A stretch of DNA of 64,000 bases, from contig NW_019217813.1 of assembly GCF_002571385.2 (NCBI RefSeq), positions 539,512-603,511 of the forward strand, in the 5' to 3' direction. Positions 21,843 to 40,772 of the stretch are shown piece after piece (within the stretch, counting starts at the first letter, position 1; each line of letters opens with the position of its first letter). A program made the position numbers and the translations under genes. Under the pieces are notes generated by a model. The model was not told the DNA's origin. It made no database searches and saw nothing but the letters and a program-made list of their open reading frames with translations. The DNA is from Stylophora pistillata. Its lineage: Eukaryota.

Positions 21843-22054
21843 AAAATTATTATTAAGATTAAATCTGGAATGATGGTCGAAACAAGTTCGAGCTTAACGC
21901 AAGTTGACGGCGAATACGGGGAACTCATAGTACCAATTCGCACTTCGTGGTTCATCCGATTTTGAAATGACCTGACAGAATTGCTACTTTCCTTTCATTG
22001 AAAAATTGTATGGTCATGCGATTTTTCCAACCTGAATTAAGGCCCTTTTTTAGG

Positions 22055-22352
22055 GGTTTATGATCGTTTCGATACAAAGTAGTTTCGATACGAGTCGATT
22101 CCATACAAACCGAAGTCGATTCGACACATCGACATCGTGGATTCGATACATCTCAAATTCCCTCTATTGGACTATCGGACTGGTAGACAGTTGAAACGTC
22201 CAAATTTCTCCCTCGCTAGTTTGAATCGAAACGAAGTTGTATCGGAACAACTTTCAACGGGTATCGAATCGACTTTTTCAATGAATCGAATCGACTCAGT
22301 TTTTATCGAATCAACTTGTATTGAAACGAGTTTGTATCGAAACGACCGGACT
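22055..22352. repeat. MITE-like inverted repeat built from (T)TCGATAC/ATCGAA subrepeats
   Basis: Left gatcgtttcgatacaaa is inverted to right tttgtatcgaaacgacc, with internal iterated subunits. Confidence 0.6.
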
Positions 22353-22559
22353 CCGTTATGCTTGGGGCTGAATTAAACTAAGTTGCCTCAGACTGATCCG
22401 TTAGCAAAGTAGGTAGAATTTCACCCAACATGGGAGTTTAAACGACGACATCAATTTAAAATGAGGAAATTTTTAATGATTAGGTACAAAACAATTTTAT
22501 CATTCCTTCTTCAGCCTATCCGTCGCGCCATCAGTCGAGCGATTTCAAGGAGAGATTGA

Positions 22560-25500
22560 TCACTCATCTGTTAGAAATAGAAGCAAAGACAAGTTACAGT
22601 TGTTACGAAGTTTTCATAGTATTGTTCTAATAATACCGTCGCCTGGAANGGGGGGGAGTCCTTAATATGCATTTGGTTTCGCCAGAGAAGAGTGAGGTTC
22701 AATATTTAAAAAAGAAACAACAACAACAACCTGACGTGCCCAAAACACCAGAAAGACGCCGGTTTAAGATCTCTCTCTCCTTTATATCACGATAACATGT
22801 TTGATATAGAGTTTTATCGAATATATATTTTTTTAATTGGCAAAATTGACGAGGCCCACCTTCCTTGATCTTATCCATGGAATCGCCGCGAGTTACTCTC
22901 GCGGCTTTGAAGAAGCGATCAAAAAATTCTTCTCTTGATGAGTTCCTGCCTTTTTTAAGCCCGACGACAATGACCTAAAAGTAATATTTTACAATCAGCA
23001 GGAATATTGCTATTTTAGTATTTTATTTTATTTTCATTCTGGCAAGAAACATACTTGAATTCTTGATCTTTGCAAGAGACAACACACACAGTGATTGGAT
23101 AATTATGATACCTTGATGACGAGAGTTGTTACGATCAAAACCAGCTCTATTATTGTGGTGAGAGCCAGAGCCGCTGACCAGTCATCGTTGACTCCAAAAG
23201 ATGCAGCAAAACTACTCACGGCAAATTTACCAAGCATGCTCTTGGCGTGTTCGCATTCCTCGATTTCACCATCCTTCAAGTCAAACACTTTTTTATCCAC
23301 TTGAGTTTTTACTTCGCGACAGACGTGGAATATTTCAACGGAGCACTTTCCCCGGTAGTTCAGACTCGTTGCTCCTGAACTGTTCGGAAAAGAGTAGTTA
23401 GCTCATGTTAGAATTTCTTAGGTTTTTTCAGCCTTGTATTTAGAGCGACAATGTTCTTATTGCTGCATCCCTTAGTACGCTCGAGTCGTACTAATGGAAT
23501 ATTGGCCCTAGGTCGTTTATTCTTGGACGGACTGCTGCGCTCGGCCCGTACTGCCATGACCTCGGGCTCAAAAACCCCAGTACGGCCCTCGCGCTCGGTT
23601 AGCAAGGAGTTAGTATTTAACAGACTTTGAATTGAGCATTTAATCGATGAAAAATTTTCTTGCACCTCCAAGAGTGAAAATTACAGGTTTTTATTTTCAA
23701 TGGGAAGACTTTTAGGATTAATAAGGATTTATCATATGGCAAGGTAGTCGTGAGGTAAATGTAAGCGTTCTGATTGGTTTTTACTTGGTCGAGATTTCGC
23801 CATGCAAACGTACCGTTTCCACGGAAACGGTCATAAGCCGTATATTTTTGTCCTCGATAGCCAGAAAATCTCAAATGTGAGTTTGATATCTGTGCCAAAT
23901 AACAAACTACTCGCTAACTTCACCTACACGAGACGCACAGGGAAACATTGGCCCTCGCCCGTTTTTGTACGGACCTCGCTGCGGTCGGTCCGTATTGCCA
24001 TGACCTCGGGTCCATTCGGCCCTCGTACTTGGTTAGCAAGAAGTTACTCTTGTGTCTTAACTCACCAAGATAATGGCAATTCAAGAGTCCAACTCTTTCC
24101 CTTATCAAGCTGCTTGTACATGTCGATCAGTTGTAGAGTCAGTGCTACTGGCTTGCAAGTCGAATTTATGAGCAGGACAGATGACTAATGGAGAAAATAA
24201 AACAGCACATTAATTTTAAAACCCGTAAAACGATCATAAAATTGTAACATAGCTATATGAATCAGTAACTCGACAATGAATGTAAAATTTCTCACCCACC
24301 TCCCCTTTGTTGTAAAAATTTATTTTTCTTGCGCTCAAAGACGTTGATTGTGAGACTGTCAACTGACCCTGTTGGTCTAAACATGAAATAATTAATACCG
24401 AACGCTAATCTTTGAAAATAAGAATAGTTATGATTTCGTCAAGTTGATTAATTAAACCAGCTTAAGAATCGCTCTATTGGGTAAAGCTGAGGACGCTACT
24501 TTGACCGTGGTTGAGGCGGGCCTGAGTACGAGGAGCAAAGATCAGGACATGAAACGAAATCTAACAGGCTTACATCCGGGATGGGGGGCCTTCATAAAGC
24601 TGGTTTGCGTCGATTTTTTGGTATCTTGTTGTGAATGATCATCTATTGATCAAAAAGATATGGCTTATTAAGTGGTTTAAGAAGCCTTTCGACTCTTGTT
24701 TTGCCTTGCGTTTTTAAATGGACATGAAAATCCACAGTCCACATAATTGAGCTAACTGACGCGCAATGAGTTTGCTAGTTTTCAGTCTTTGTCAAAGACC
24801 GCGACGCTCTGCCTTGTCATGGGTCGTGTTCTGTGCTAAAACAGCCCTGTGCGAGGGTAGCGATTTGGAGATGAAAACTACCGTAATTCCTGGGCTGCAA
24901 CTGACTAGTTTTTAACAATTAGAGATTACAGAGCATTTCTTTGTACTAACATGAGGAGCATTTGTAGTAAAACATTCCATTTGGCCAAACGCTGACATTT
25001 ATTTCGCAAGTGACAAGGCTGTGTTCATCATCGGTCCATGTAGACAGCTTACATGTATATTTACGCACGGTTCGGTCCTTGTGGTAGTACTTAGATGCAA
25101 CAGCAATCCTGAAAGCAAAGCGGCTTGTATGGCGCTGTGAAATGAAAAAAAAAAAAAGTTATCAGAACGTTTTTTTCGCCCACAGGCTGGTAGATCATAA
25201 GACTGGAAGTTCTCCTGGTCTCTTTGGCAAACTTAGCCAGGATCGTAAGCAAGGACCGGAAGAATCGTGAGCGCTGCTAGAGCTGATTGCGCTCAGGCTG
25301 CCGAGGCTTATAATTAAATACTTTTTTTTGTCTTGCGGCGGAACAAACCCTATGAATTGAACTGCGAAAATGGCACTCGGTCTATTAAATGTACTAAATG
25401 CAGCGCCCTATACTCGCGGTACCATGGTCAGTTTTCTCTGACAGTTTATTTCCATCGCCGGCATGGGAGTTTAGTCGTTTCTCCTCACCAGAAAGCAGGC

Positions 25501-26254
25501 CAATAGGCAAACTGATCAGTTTCTTTTAAATTCACGTCAGAGGTATCAAATAAACTTTACGTCTTGATCTTTTGACTCCTAAGAGTGATTAACATTCAAT
25601 TTCTCTTTACATTATTACCCCTGAATCAATCATTAAGGTCACGAGAATGAAGAAGGTTATCGCCAACTAGAGAAGCTCTTGATTGTTAAATGAATTCTCC
25701 TTGTCAGTTCCTTAGGAAATGTATAGACAACAGTACAGAGAAAATGTATACAGTTGTGCTGTGTACAGGCGGGTTAAGTGCCAACCGGGAAGAGGCGGAT
25801 AGGTAACAGCAAAAGAATATTAAATTCAGTTTTTTTCCCCGGAAAAAAAGAAACAGATACTGGAGAGATCTAGCACCGTGTCTACGTGAAACGTGAACGG
25901 CAAATTGACCGCGTGACCACGTTTTTCCCGCCAGTTTTTTTCACATTTGCCGGTTTTATTCGCTTTTTCTTTCACAGAGTATAGAAGTCGGAAAAATTGC
26001 ACCAAAACTACCAAAACTATTCATTCAAGAGCACCTTCAAATGCACCATGACACGAGCTCTCGCAAAGCTAAAGCAATAAGGTTCATGCTATTTTACGTG
26101 AAACGTGAAAGGGCAAGCTGACATTTGCCGTTTATCTTAAACACGGTGCTGAGTCTCTCTAATGAGATCGTAGAAATCTTACCGCTGGAACCTTAAAGGC
26201 TGACTTTGGCTCCTGTAGTTTAGTCATTGCCGTACATTGTAAGGCCACAGACAT
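22560..26254 (-). CDS. Uncharacterised ~269-aa protein with a C-terminal hydrophobic helix (8 exons)
   Basis: Exons 26254-26183, 25134-25053, 24642-24574, 24376-24300, 24184-24066, 23379-23112, 22974-22860, 22567-22560. All GT-AG, phases match and there are no internal stops. TATATA at 26295-26300 lies upstream of the ATG. The last exon is tentative. Confidence 0.7.
25860..26161. mobile_element. MITE in intron 1 of the minus-strand unknown gene
   Basis: Inverted termini gagagatctagcaccgtgt / acacggtgctgagtctctc and an internal repeated tacgtgaaacgtgaa. Confidence 0.55.
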
Positions 26255-26494
26255 CTTTTTCGTCGAACGAGCCTGGTTAACAGCGATAGACAAGTATATA
26301 GCCACTGGTTTGCATTAAGATATCATGCGTGATTTTACGGTTAATTGTTATCAAACGTCCTCTGTATCTTGTTTAGGAAATTGTTACAGTGTGACATTCA
26401 AATTATCGGTAAAAAGCGAGAATATTTGGGTTAAAAAATTTTCTTATGTTTGAAAATTAGCAAATGGTATTTGGATATTGGGACGTGTTTAGGG

Positions 26495-26515
26495 GAGAGA
26501 GAAAGAGAGAGAGAG

Positions 26516-26546
<31 letters not shown>
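26495..26546. repeat. (GA)n microsatellite at a SINE tail
   Basis: Direct reading. Confidence 0.9.
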
Positions 26547-29500
26547 CTTTATTTACAGAGGGTAGCACTTAATAACTAGAAGCTAAGGAACTCGTGGCCC
26601 TCAGAACACCCACCCATCCCACCCCCGGGGAGGACACCCATCACACATGCAGTAATCTCGTGCGTGGGAAATTAACGTCTCCTACCCCTCATATAACCCT
26701 GCAGGAGAAGGGGATTACGGTTTATTCGTCCTTATCCGAGAAGACTAGAATATCTAACCATTTCTTGATATCATAGAAAGGTAGCAAATTCTCCTCAGTT
26801 ATTTTAAGACCCCGAGTGTTGGTCCGGCCGGGGCTTGAACCCTCGACCTCCCGCACAACAGTCCGGTGCTCTACCAATTGAGCTAACCAGGAGGCGGTTT
26901 AAGACCTCTGTTTGACGCTTCTTCGTAAATTATCAACACCTTGATAGTTAGAATATTTTCTCACCGCGTTATGTAGCTTCACACTGATATCCGCAAAGTG
27001 TGGGTCGTCTGCGGTCTCGAACTTCCAATGTTTGCAACTTTTGATGTCTTTCGATATTGAGCGTCGCTGCTAATCAAACGTCAAAAGTAATGTATTAGAT
27101 ATTATCTAGACGATAACCTTTTTATCTTGCTGTTTATTCATTGGTTAATTGTATCAAAAATTTTCTTTCCGGTATTTCGATCATTTGATTAGACGATGAT
27201 TCGGTGTTTCGTGTGGTTTTGTTTTCTTTATTCCGTTGTTTGTGTGATGGTTACCTGTCGACGAAAGGGTAACTTAAATATCAATGCCATCAATGCGGTG
27301 GTTTAGTTGTTCCTTGCGTTTGATTAAAGCGCTTTTTAGAAAAATGGAGAAACACCATTAGCTTATTGCACTCAAAAAGCAAAATTCAACCAAGTGCTAA
27401 TGAGAACTTAAAAACATATGTATTCCGTAAATTCCCTTTATTGCAGAAGTGCGCAAGTGGCAACAAAGTCGTGCTAGGCTCACGCTTTGTACCTGATTGG
27501 TCGAGAAACCGGCGCCAGCTTTTTAGCAAATCTCAGGGCGTTGTAAGGCCTACCGAAGCAATTCTGGATCATTCTTTGGTTTTTCTACGTTTCGTTGGGA
27601 TTTGCTCGGCAATTTCTTGTTCTTTTTTTTTTCGTTAGCTACAAAACTGATTGTCCTGTTTTAACTTCACAAGAATGATCTACAAAATGTCGGACTTTGA
27701 AAGAGTATCTTTTTCTTTCATCGAATGCGTATGCGTGTTCCTGAATTGTATGTAAAACACTTACCAGTTTCTTGTGTTTAGATTTTAAACCAGTACAAGA
27801 AAAGATCAGAGAGAAGCCAATAATGTAAGTAAAAAGTGCTACGAGTCGCCTTCTATATCGGTTATTCATTCTTTGTTTGCTTGTTTTTTTTTTTTTTTTG
27901 TGACTCGCAGAAAGTGACATCATAATGACTTCTTAGAAATCAGCGCGGGCTCAAATTCATACCCAGGATCTTCTCTACCACTTGCACATTCAAAAGAACC
28001 TTTGATCGGGCCTACTTTCTTCTCTGTACATAAGACCAGAGGTTCAAAGGAAGTTTATAAGTAAAACCAACACTGCAAAGACAAATCCGGAGGAAGGCTT
28101 TGGGATTTTCGGTCACAGTGCGGTTTTGGCGATATTTTAGATCGGCTTTTCGGTTTGTTCCGAAAAACTTCGATTTTTCGGTTTTGGTGTTCATTGGGTT
28201 TGGCGGAATTTCCGTTATAAAGCATTTGAATTTCCAGTTTTCGTCAATTTTGGATTTGATATTCGATGTAGTTTTCGGTTTTTCCTATTTGGGTTCTGGT
28301 TTCTCTTCTATGCTCCACTTGTCACTACTTTACAGTTTTCGGTTTTGATAGAATTTTTGCGCTTTTGGATGCGTACGAGTTTTTCGACTGTTTTGACCCC
28401 TCAATCTACTCTTACTACGCGAATTGAAAAGTGCCATCAATTCGCCTTTTGAAGAATTTTAATCGAGCGTCGGACGAAATCATAATAGATGCCCTCGTCC
28501 TCGTCACCAGTACCCCAGGACGCGCGTTTTTCTGCTCGCGTGAGATTTTGAGGCGCGTCGGGAGAGGTTTGCCGGGGGTCTGGCACTAGTTATCAGAGCA
28601 AGACCCCTCTTGCGTTGTTCATGGTTTCTTTCCCGTAGCCTAAGTGTAGCCGCATTCTTCACCCTCTCCTGAGGGGGGGGGGGGGGGTACGGCTACAAGA
28701 AGGCTAACTTTCCTGCAGGCTGAGAAACGCAGTACTGATGGCAAGGGTATGCTTGCAAGCTAGATTAAGTAGGGATGAAATAACTCTGGACAATATTTGG
28801 CAGAAAATTATTTTTTTATTAATATATGCATTAAAATTAGAATTATGCTTTTCTAGTAAATCATTTGAACCTTCTTACCAATTTGGAGTTCTACATTATG
28901 TGCATTAATCCAGCCCTACAGTTTTTTTTTGGAGGGCCTTATTCGCTTTCTCAACCAGAAAAACAGACATGTGTATGGCATTTGGTAAACAAAAGCTAAC
29001 AAAAATAAATCTAGACAACACCAATAAGTCCAAACCAATTTTGAACCCACTACAATCACGTAAATTACAAATTTATACTGGAAATCTACATAGCATAAAT
29101 TATATATTGTTGAAGAACAATAGCAGTGATTGGATACATACAAATCATAAATTAAATGATACTTCCAAAAGCAGTTTTGGTAATTATGTGGTGGGGACAA
29201 TGACCTAAGCTTTCATCAAGGAACTTCTTCCATGCTTTGTGGAGATTAAATCATGATCATTGATTAGATCAGTGGCTAGAGAGCAGTAGTGCGATCAGAC
29301 GAGCCATCTAGAAAGAGTCTGTAGGATGCCCCACAAACACATCCTTAAAAGTGCCCACCCAGAAGGCTAATGTCAGCTTACCTAGGAAAGATGTCATCAT
29401 CAAATATAATTGAACTGGCAAGCAAACTAAGAGTAAAGAAAAGGGGTGCTCTTACATGTCTATCATGGCCATTAACATTTGGTTTGGAAATAAAAAGAAA

Positions 29501-30646
29501 AGCCAGAAATGGAGACATCAGAACTTGAAACTAAGGTCATTATAATAATGATCCTGTATACAAAGGGGAAAAAACGAGTAGGGGAGTGACAAAATGGGAA
29601 AAAATTGGAGAAACCACCACCCAACTACCCCCCCTCCCAAAAAAAGGTACAAATACAATTACTATGATTTAACTAATATCTAAATTATGTTTACAATCAA
29701 AAAATACAAGAGCTCAAGGAGTTTCTATTTACAGAGTTTTCACAGCCAAACAGAAAGCCAGGTGTTTTATGGGTATCAGTGGTTTCAAAAAAAGTTATAC
29801 TCTAACATATGCAGGAAAAAGTTCCCATCAGGTCTTAAGTGATACTTCAAAAGTTGCCCCAATTTCCAAACCCGGTTCAAATTATATTGGACCTGCCACA
29901 TTTTGTAAAAATAATCAAAAGACATCTTCATCAGTAAAAATTATTAACCTATTTACTAGCTCTGTCTTGAAGTTTGTTAGATGCATGTGTGAAATTCCAA
30001 CTCTTTCAGGACTTTATGTAGAAGTAGGGCCCAAATTTAGGCATTCTTCAGTTCAGTAAAGGGGAGTACACAGCATCGACATCACACCAGCATTCACACA
30101 ATTATGTTCTGCTGCACTCAAGCTGCATCTCTTCTTCAAAATATCATTGGAAACACTAACTCACTGTCAACTATGTTTGTGATCACAATGACCATGTTAT
30201 TGTCTAGCCAATGACCTGGTTCTTGTTGGAAGAGACAAGTAGGAATTGGCCTTCTGTTAACAGCCAAAGAGGGAGGGCAGAGGAAGGAAATGTAGTCATC
30301 TTGAGGGGAGTGCAAGGGCAAAGTTTACTCCCTTAACCTAAACTGCATATGAATAATAATCATTATCATTTGATGAAATGGAAAAAAAAAGGCAATCATG
30401 CAATAATTTACCCAGTTGTTTAAAATACATATTCTATAATGTCATATTAACAGAAAACAAAAAAATTGTAAACAGAGAAAAATTCAGTAAATGTTTCCCT
30501 GTGTTGCTTCTATTTTTGTTGGTAATTCAGCAATTTTCAGTGCATCTATTTTCAGAAAATTTCACTCCAAAATAGCAAATGATACCACTCAGACTTATCA
30601 ATGATCATATGAAACAACATACTTCTTCAGAGTGTAAAATTGAATT

Positions 30647-37955
<7,309 letters not shown>

Positions 37956-38072
37956 TTTGCGACCTCTTCCCAAATGCGACGAACTTCCTACTACATGAAT
38001 ATAGGGCTGTACGTTCGAGAACAAATATGATCGACTCATGCGTTCGAAGTAGGAATGGGAACGAGTCGCCTT

Positions 38073-38100
38073 CATCCGTTTCCTAATATGGACTTAGTCA
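38073..38100 (-). promoter_or_regulatory. Serum-response-element-like module upstream of GRB2
   Basis: Minus strand TGACTAA-gt-CCATATTAGG-aaa-CGGATG: AP-1-like site, perfect CArG box (38082-38091) and Ets core, ~130 bp upstream of the ATG. Confidence 0.45.
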
Positions 38101-39614
38101 TCTCGAATTCCGAATTCAGCTAAACCCCAGTCCTAGACCCATCGGATCAAGTGAACCATGTGTGCCCCTTTTTAAAATTGTCTCTTTCCTTCGACCGATT
38201 CTAATAATGTAAGGGAACTTCTGCCCCAATAAAAACCATATAGACTGATAGTAGACGCCTAAAAATTCGGGAAGAGGGCTTTTTGATAATCTGTTAAATT
38301 CCCTTCCTAATGTACGCAAACTGATGGTGATAATAGTAGTAACATCATTATTTGAAACATTTGCTCGCAAAACTCAATGCTAGATCATCACTATTATACA
38401 TAGAAACTTCTAAAAACTTCTAAAATCGTTTATGAAGCATTTTGATTTTTGCTTAATAATATTAACAAAAACTAATAATAACTAATAAAACTGTGAAAAT
38501 AAAACCTTTATTCACTATAATCACTTAAAATATTAACAGAAATTATGACAATATGCCTGAAAATAAAAAAAAATGCATTAAAATGTCTAATAATAAAATT
38601 TATCTGAGTCAGTTTGGTCAATTGATCAATTAATTGAAACTGTATATTTTATTAAACCAACAACATAATTTTAAATATTTAGAAATTTGATAATAATATC
38701 AATAGTAATGAGTAATTGCACAAAGTGAGTGTCATCCACCCTCTCAGTTGGATCAAAAAAATACATTTACAGCTCAGAAAACTCTAAATAATCCAGATAT
38801 GACATTGGTGGAGTGAATGAATTCATCATCAAAATTTCATAGGAAGACAGTACTGTACTTCATTTAAGTCTGCCCTAGATAGCAAACATTGTGCCATATG
38901 AGCTTCTTGCAAAGTGGAACTCAACTACGCAGGCATGTCAGAGTAAGCAGTTGTTGATGGATAATAAGTTCCAGGCACAAGTCAAGTCTCATGATGGTTT
39001 TTCTAAAGGGCAAGTGGAAACCTTAGTTGGTCTTCTATCATCCAACAAAATCACAAGGAGGCAACATTATTTTCTTCTCCTTCTTCACAATCAGCATTGC
39101 AGGATGTGCCTACAGGCAAAGAAAAGTTCACACCGAAATGCTAATTATAGTGGTCTGCACATGATCATTGCTAGACTCCTTGGGTCGGGTCAGGCTTGTG
39201 CTGCTCAATGCTTCCTGCCTTATTGCAGGCAAAGAAACCCTAGTGCCAAAGTGCTCAAAATGAAAGCCTGCTGGCAAGCAACCTTCTCCAGGGGGCCAAC
39301 TGCCATTGGCTGCTTTGGAAGAATGTCAGGTCATTTCTCCCATTTTGTCTCCATAATGTACTCCACATAAGAGTACACCATGGGAGAGGTAGTGGATGGG
39401 ACAGGAAAGAGAAGAAATCCTCCCTTTGCTTTAAATATCTCAGTCTATGCATCATCACTTTCAATGCTATATTGCCCACTCACACTTTTGAGATGACCAA
39501 GTATTAGAGTCACAGTTTGCCTCAGCCTAAAAGGGACTAAAGGGGTTTTTTCTTACAGTATCAATAATTTCCCAGTTGAAGGGTTATCTTCTTCTTTTTT
39601 TCCTCTTTGTTCCT

Positions 39615-39840
39615 AGTGGAGCTCCCCTTGGGGTGATACCTTGTCATGGTGGAGTTGTGTCTCTAGGACCCAGAGAGCTGTGCCAGCAGGGACTTTGGTC
39701 CCTGGCAGGTCTAACCATGCCAGATTGGTTGAAGGGCAGAGACCAAACGAAGAACAGCCCCTGGTCCTCCAGGTTGGGGGTTGGGCGGCGGGCTGATAAC
39801 TTGCTCCCAGAAAAATAAATATATTACAGAAACCAAAACT
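39615..39840 (+). mobile_element. RTE-type non-LTR retrotransposon 5' UTR fragment
   Basis: ccttgtcatggtggag...cccctggtcctccaggttgggggttgggc..gggctgataacttgctcccagaaaa resembles RTE 5' regions; no ORF follows. Confidence 0.5.
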
Positions 39841-40772
39841 AGAATTACCACTGTGCCCTATCGGGAAGCAGGGGTACAAGATACTAACACCCGATTGGAG
39901 CACTGTGTGAAGCAAAGAAAGGTTATGGGAATACATAAATATAAGAAATAAGGGACAAAGATTAACCCTACACCAAATTCTCATGAAATGTATGGTAGTC
40001 AGTTCGGAGAATTGATATCTATGTGTTGGGGGTGAATCAGGTAATTTTTTTCAATTCTCAAATCACCATTTTGCACACTAACTTCAGAGAGCAGCTGATA
40101 TTCATATAATTGGTACACCTCTAACTTCATCAAATGCTTCGAACTTAAAGTCATCTTTTTAAGGGGAGTGACATTGACATCTACAAATTACGAAATCTAC
40201 ATACTATAATTACATGATAACATACACTGACTTAGTCTTTCTGCAGAACAAATGAGACACCAGGATGTCTGATTTAAGTAGAAATGTCCTTTTACGAAAT
40301 TTGAGTTACTTTCCCTTGATACACCACTTAATTAAAAAACTAATACTCAAGAAACTCTGAGAAAAATTAACACACAGATCCTGAAAAAAGGCAAAGTGTT
40401 TATACTTAAAAAGTTGATCCCAGAATCGTAAGTAAAGCGGAAACATTTCTTGAGGTGAGGTTTAAATAAAGATGGAATAGACCAGTCAAATGTTGTGTAA
40501 CTAAACTGAGATGTTGTATCTTAGAAGTACAGTCTGATAGAAGAAAATATCTTTATCCCATTTGTTAGACTTATTTCAGCAGCAATTAATGAAATCAAAA
40601 CTAAAATTAAATGTTGAATTTAATTCCCTTCAAATATCAGACCCGCACTTTAGTGGGGAGTGATCTCTTTCTGTATAAATGTGTGAGCAGCTCCACAATA
40701 TATTTACACTGTACACTTGACATATGGTATAATTATTATGATTACTTTGATAATTGAGACATGAAGTAACTA

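Noticed and set aside
28916-30575. Short ORFs downstream of GRB2
   Set aside because: AT-rich with no motifs; consistent with GRB2 3' UTR (minus-strand AATAAA near 28815).
39755-39812. HDV-like or twister ribozyme in the RTE 5' fragment
   Set aside because: Folds by eye into two hairpins; I could not build the required pseudoknot or catalytic core.
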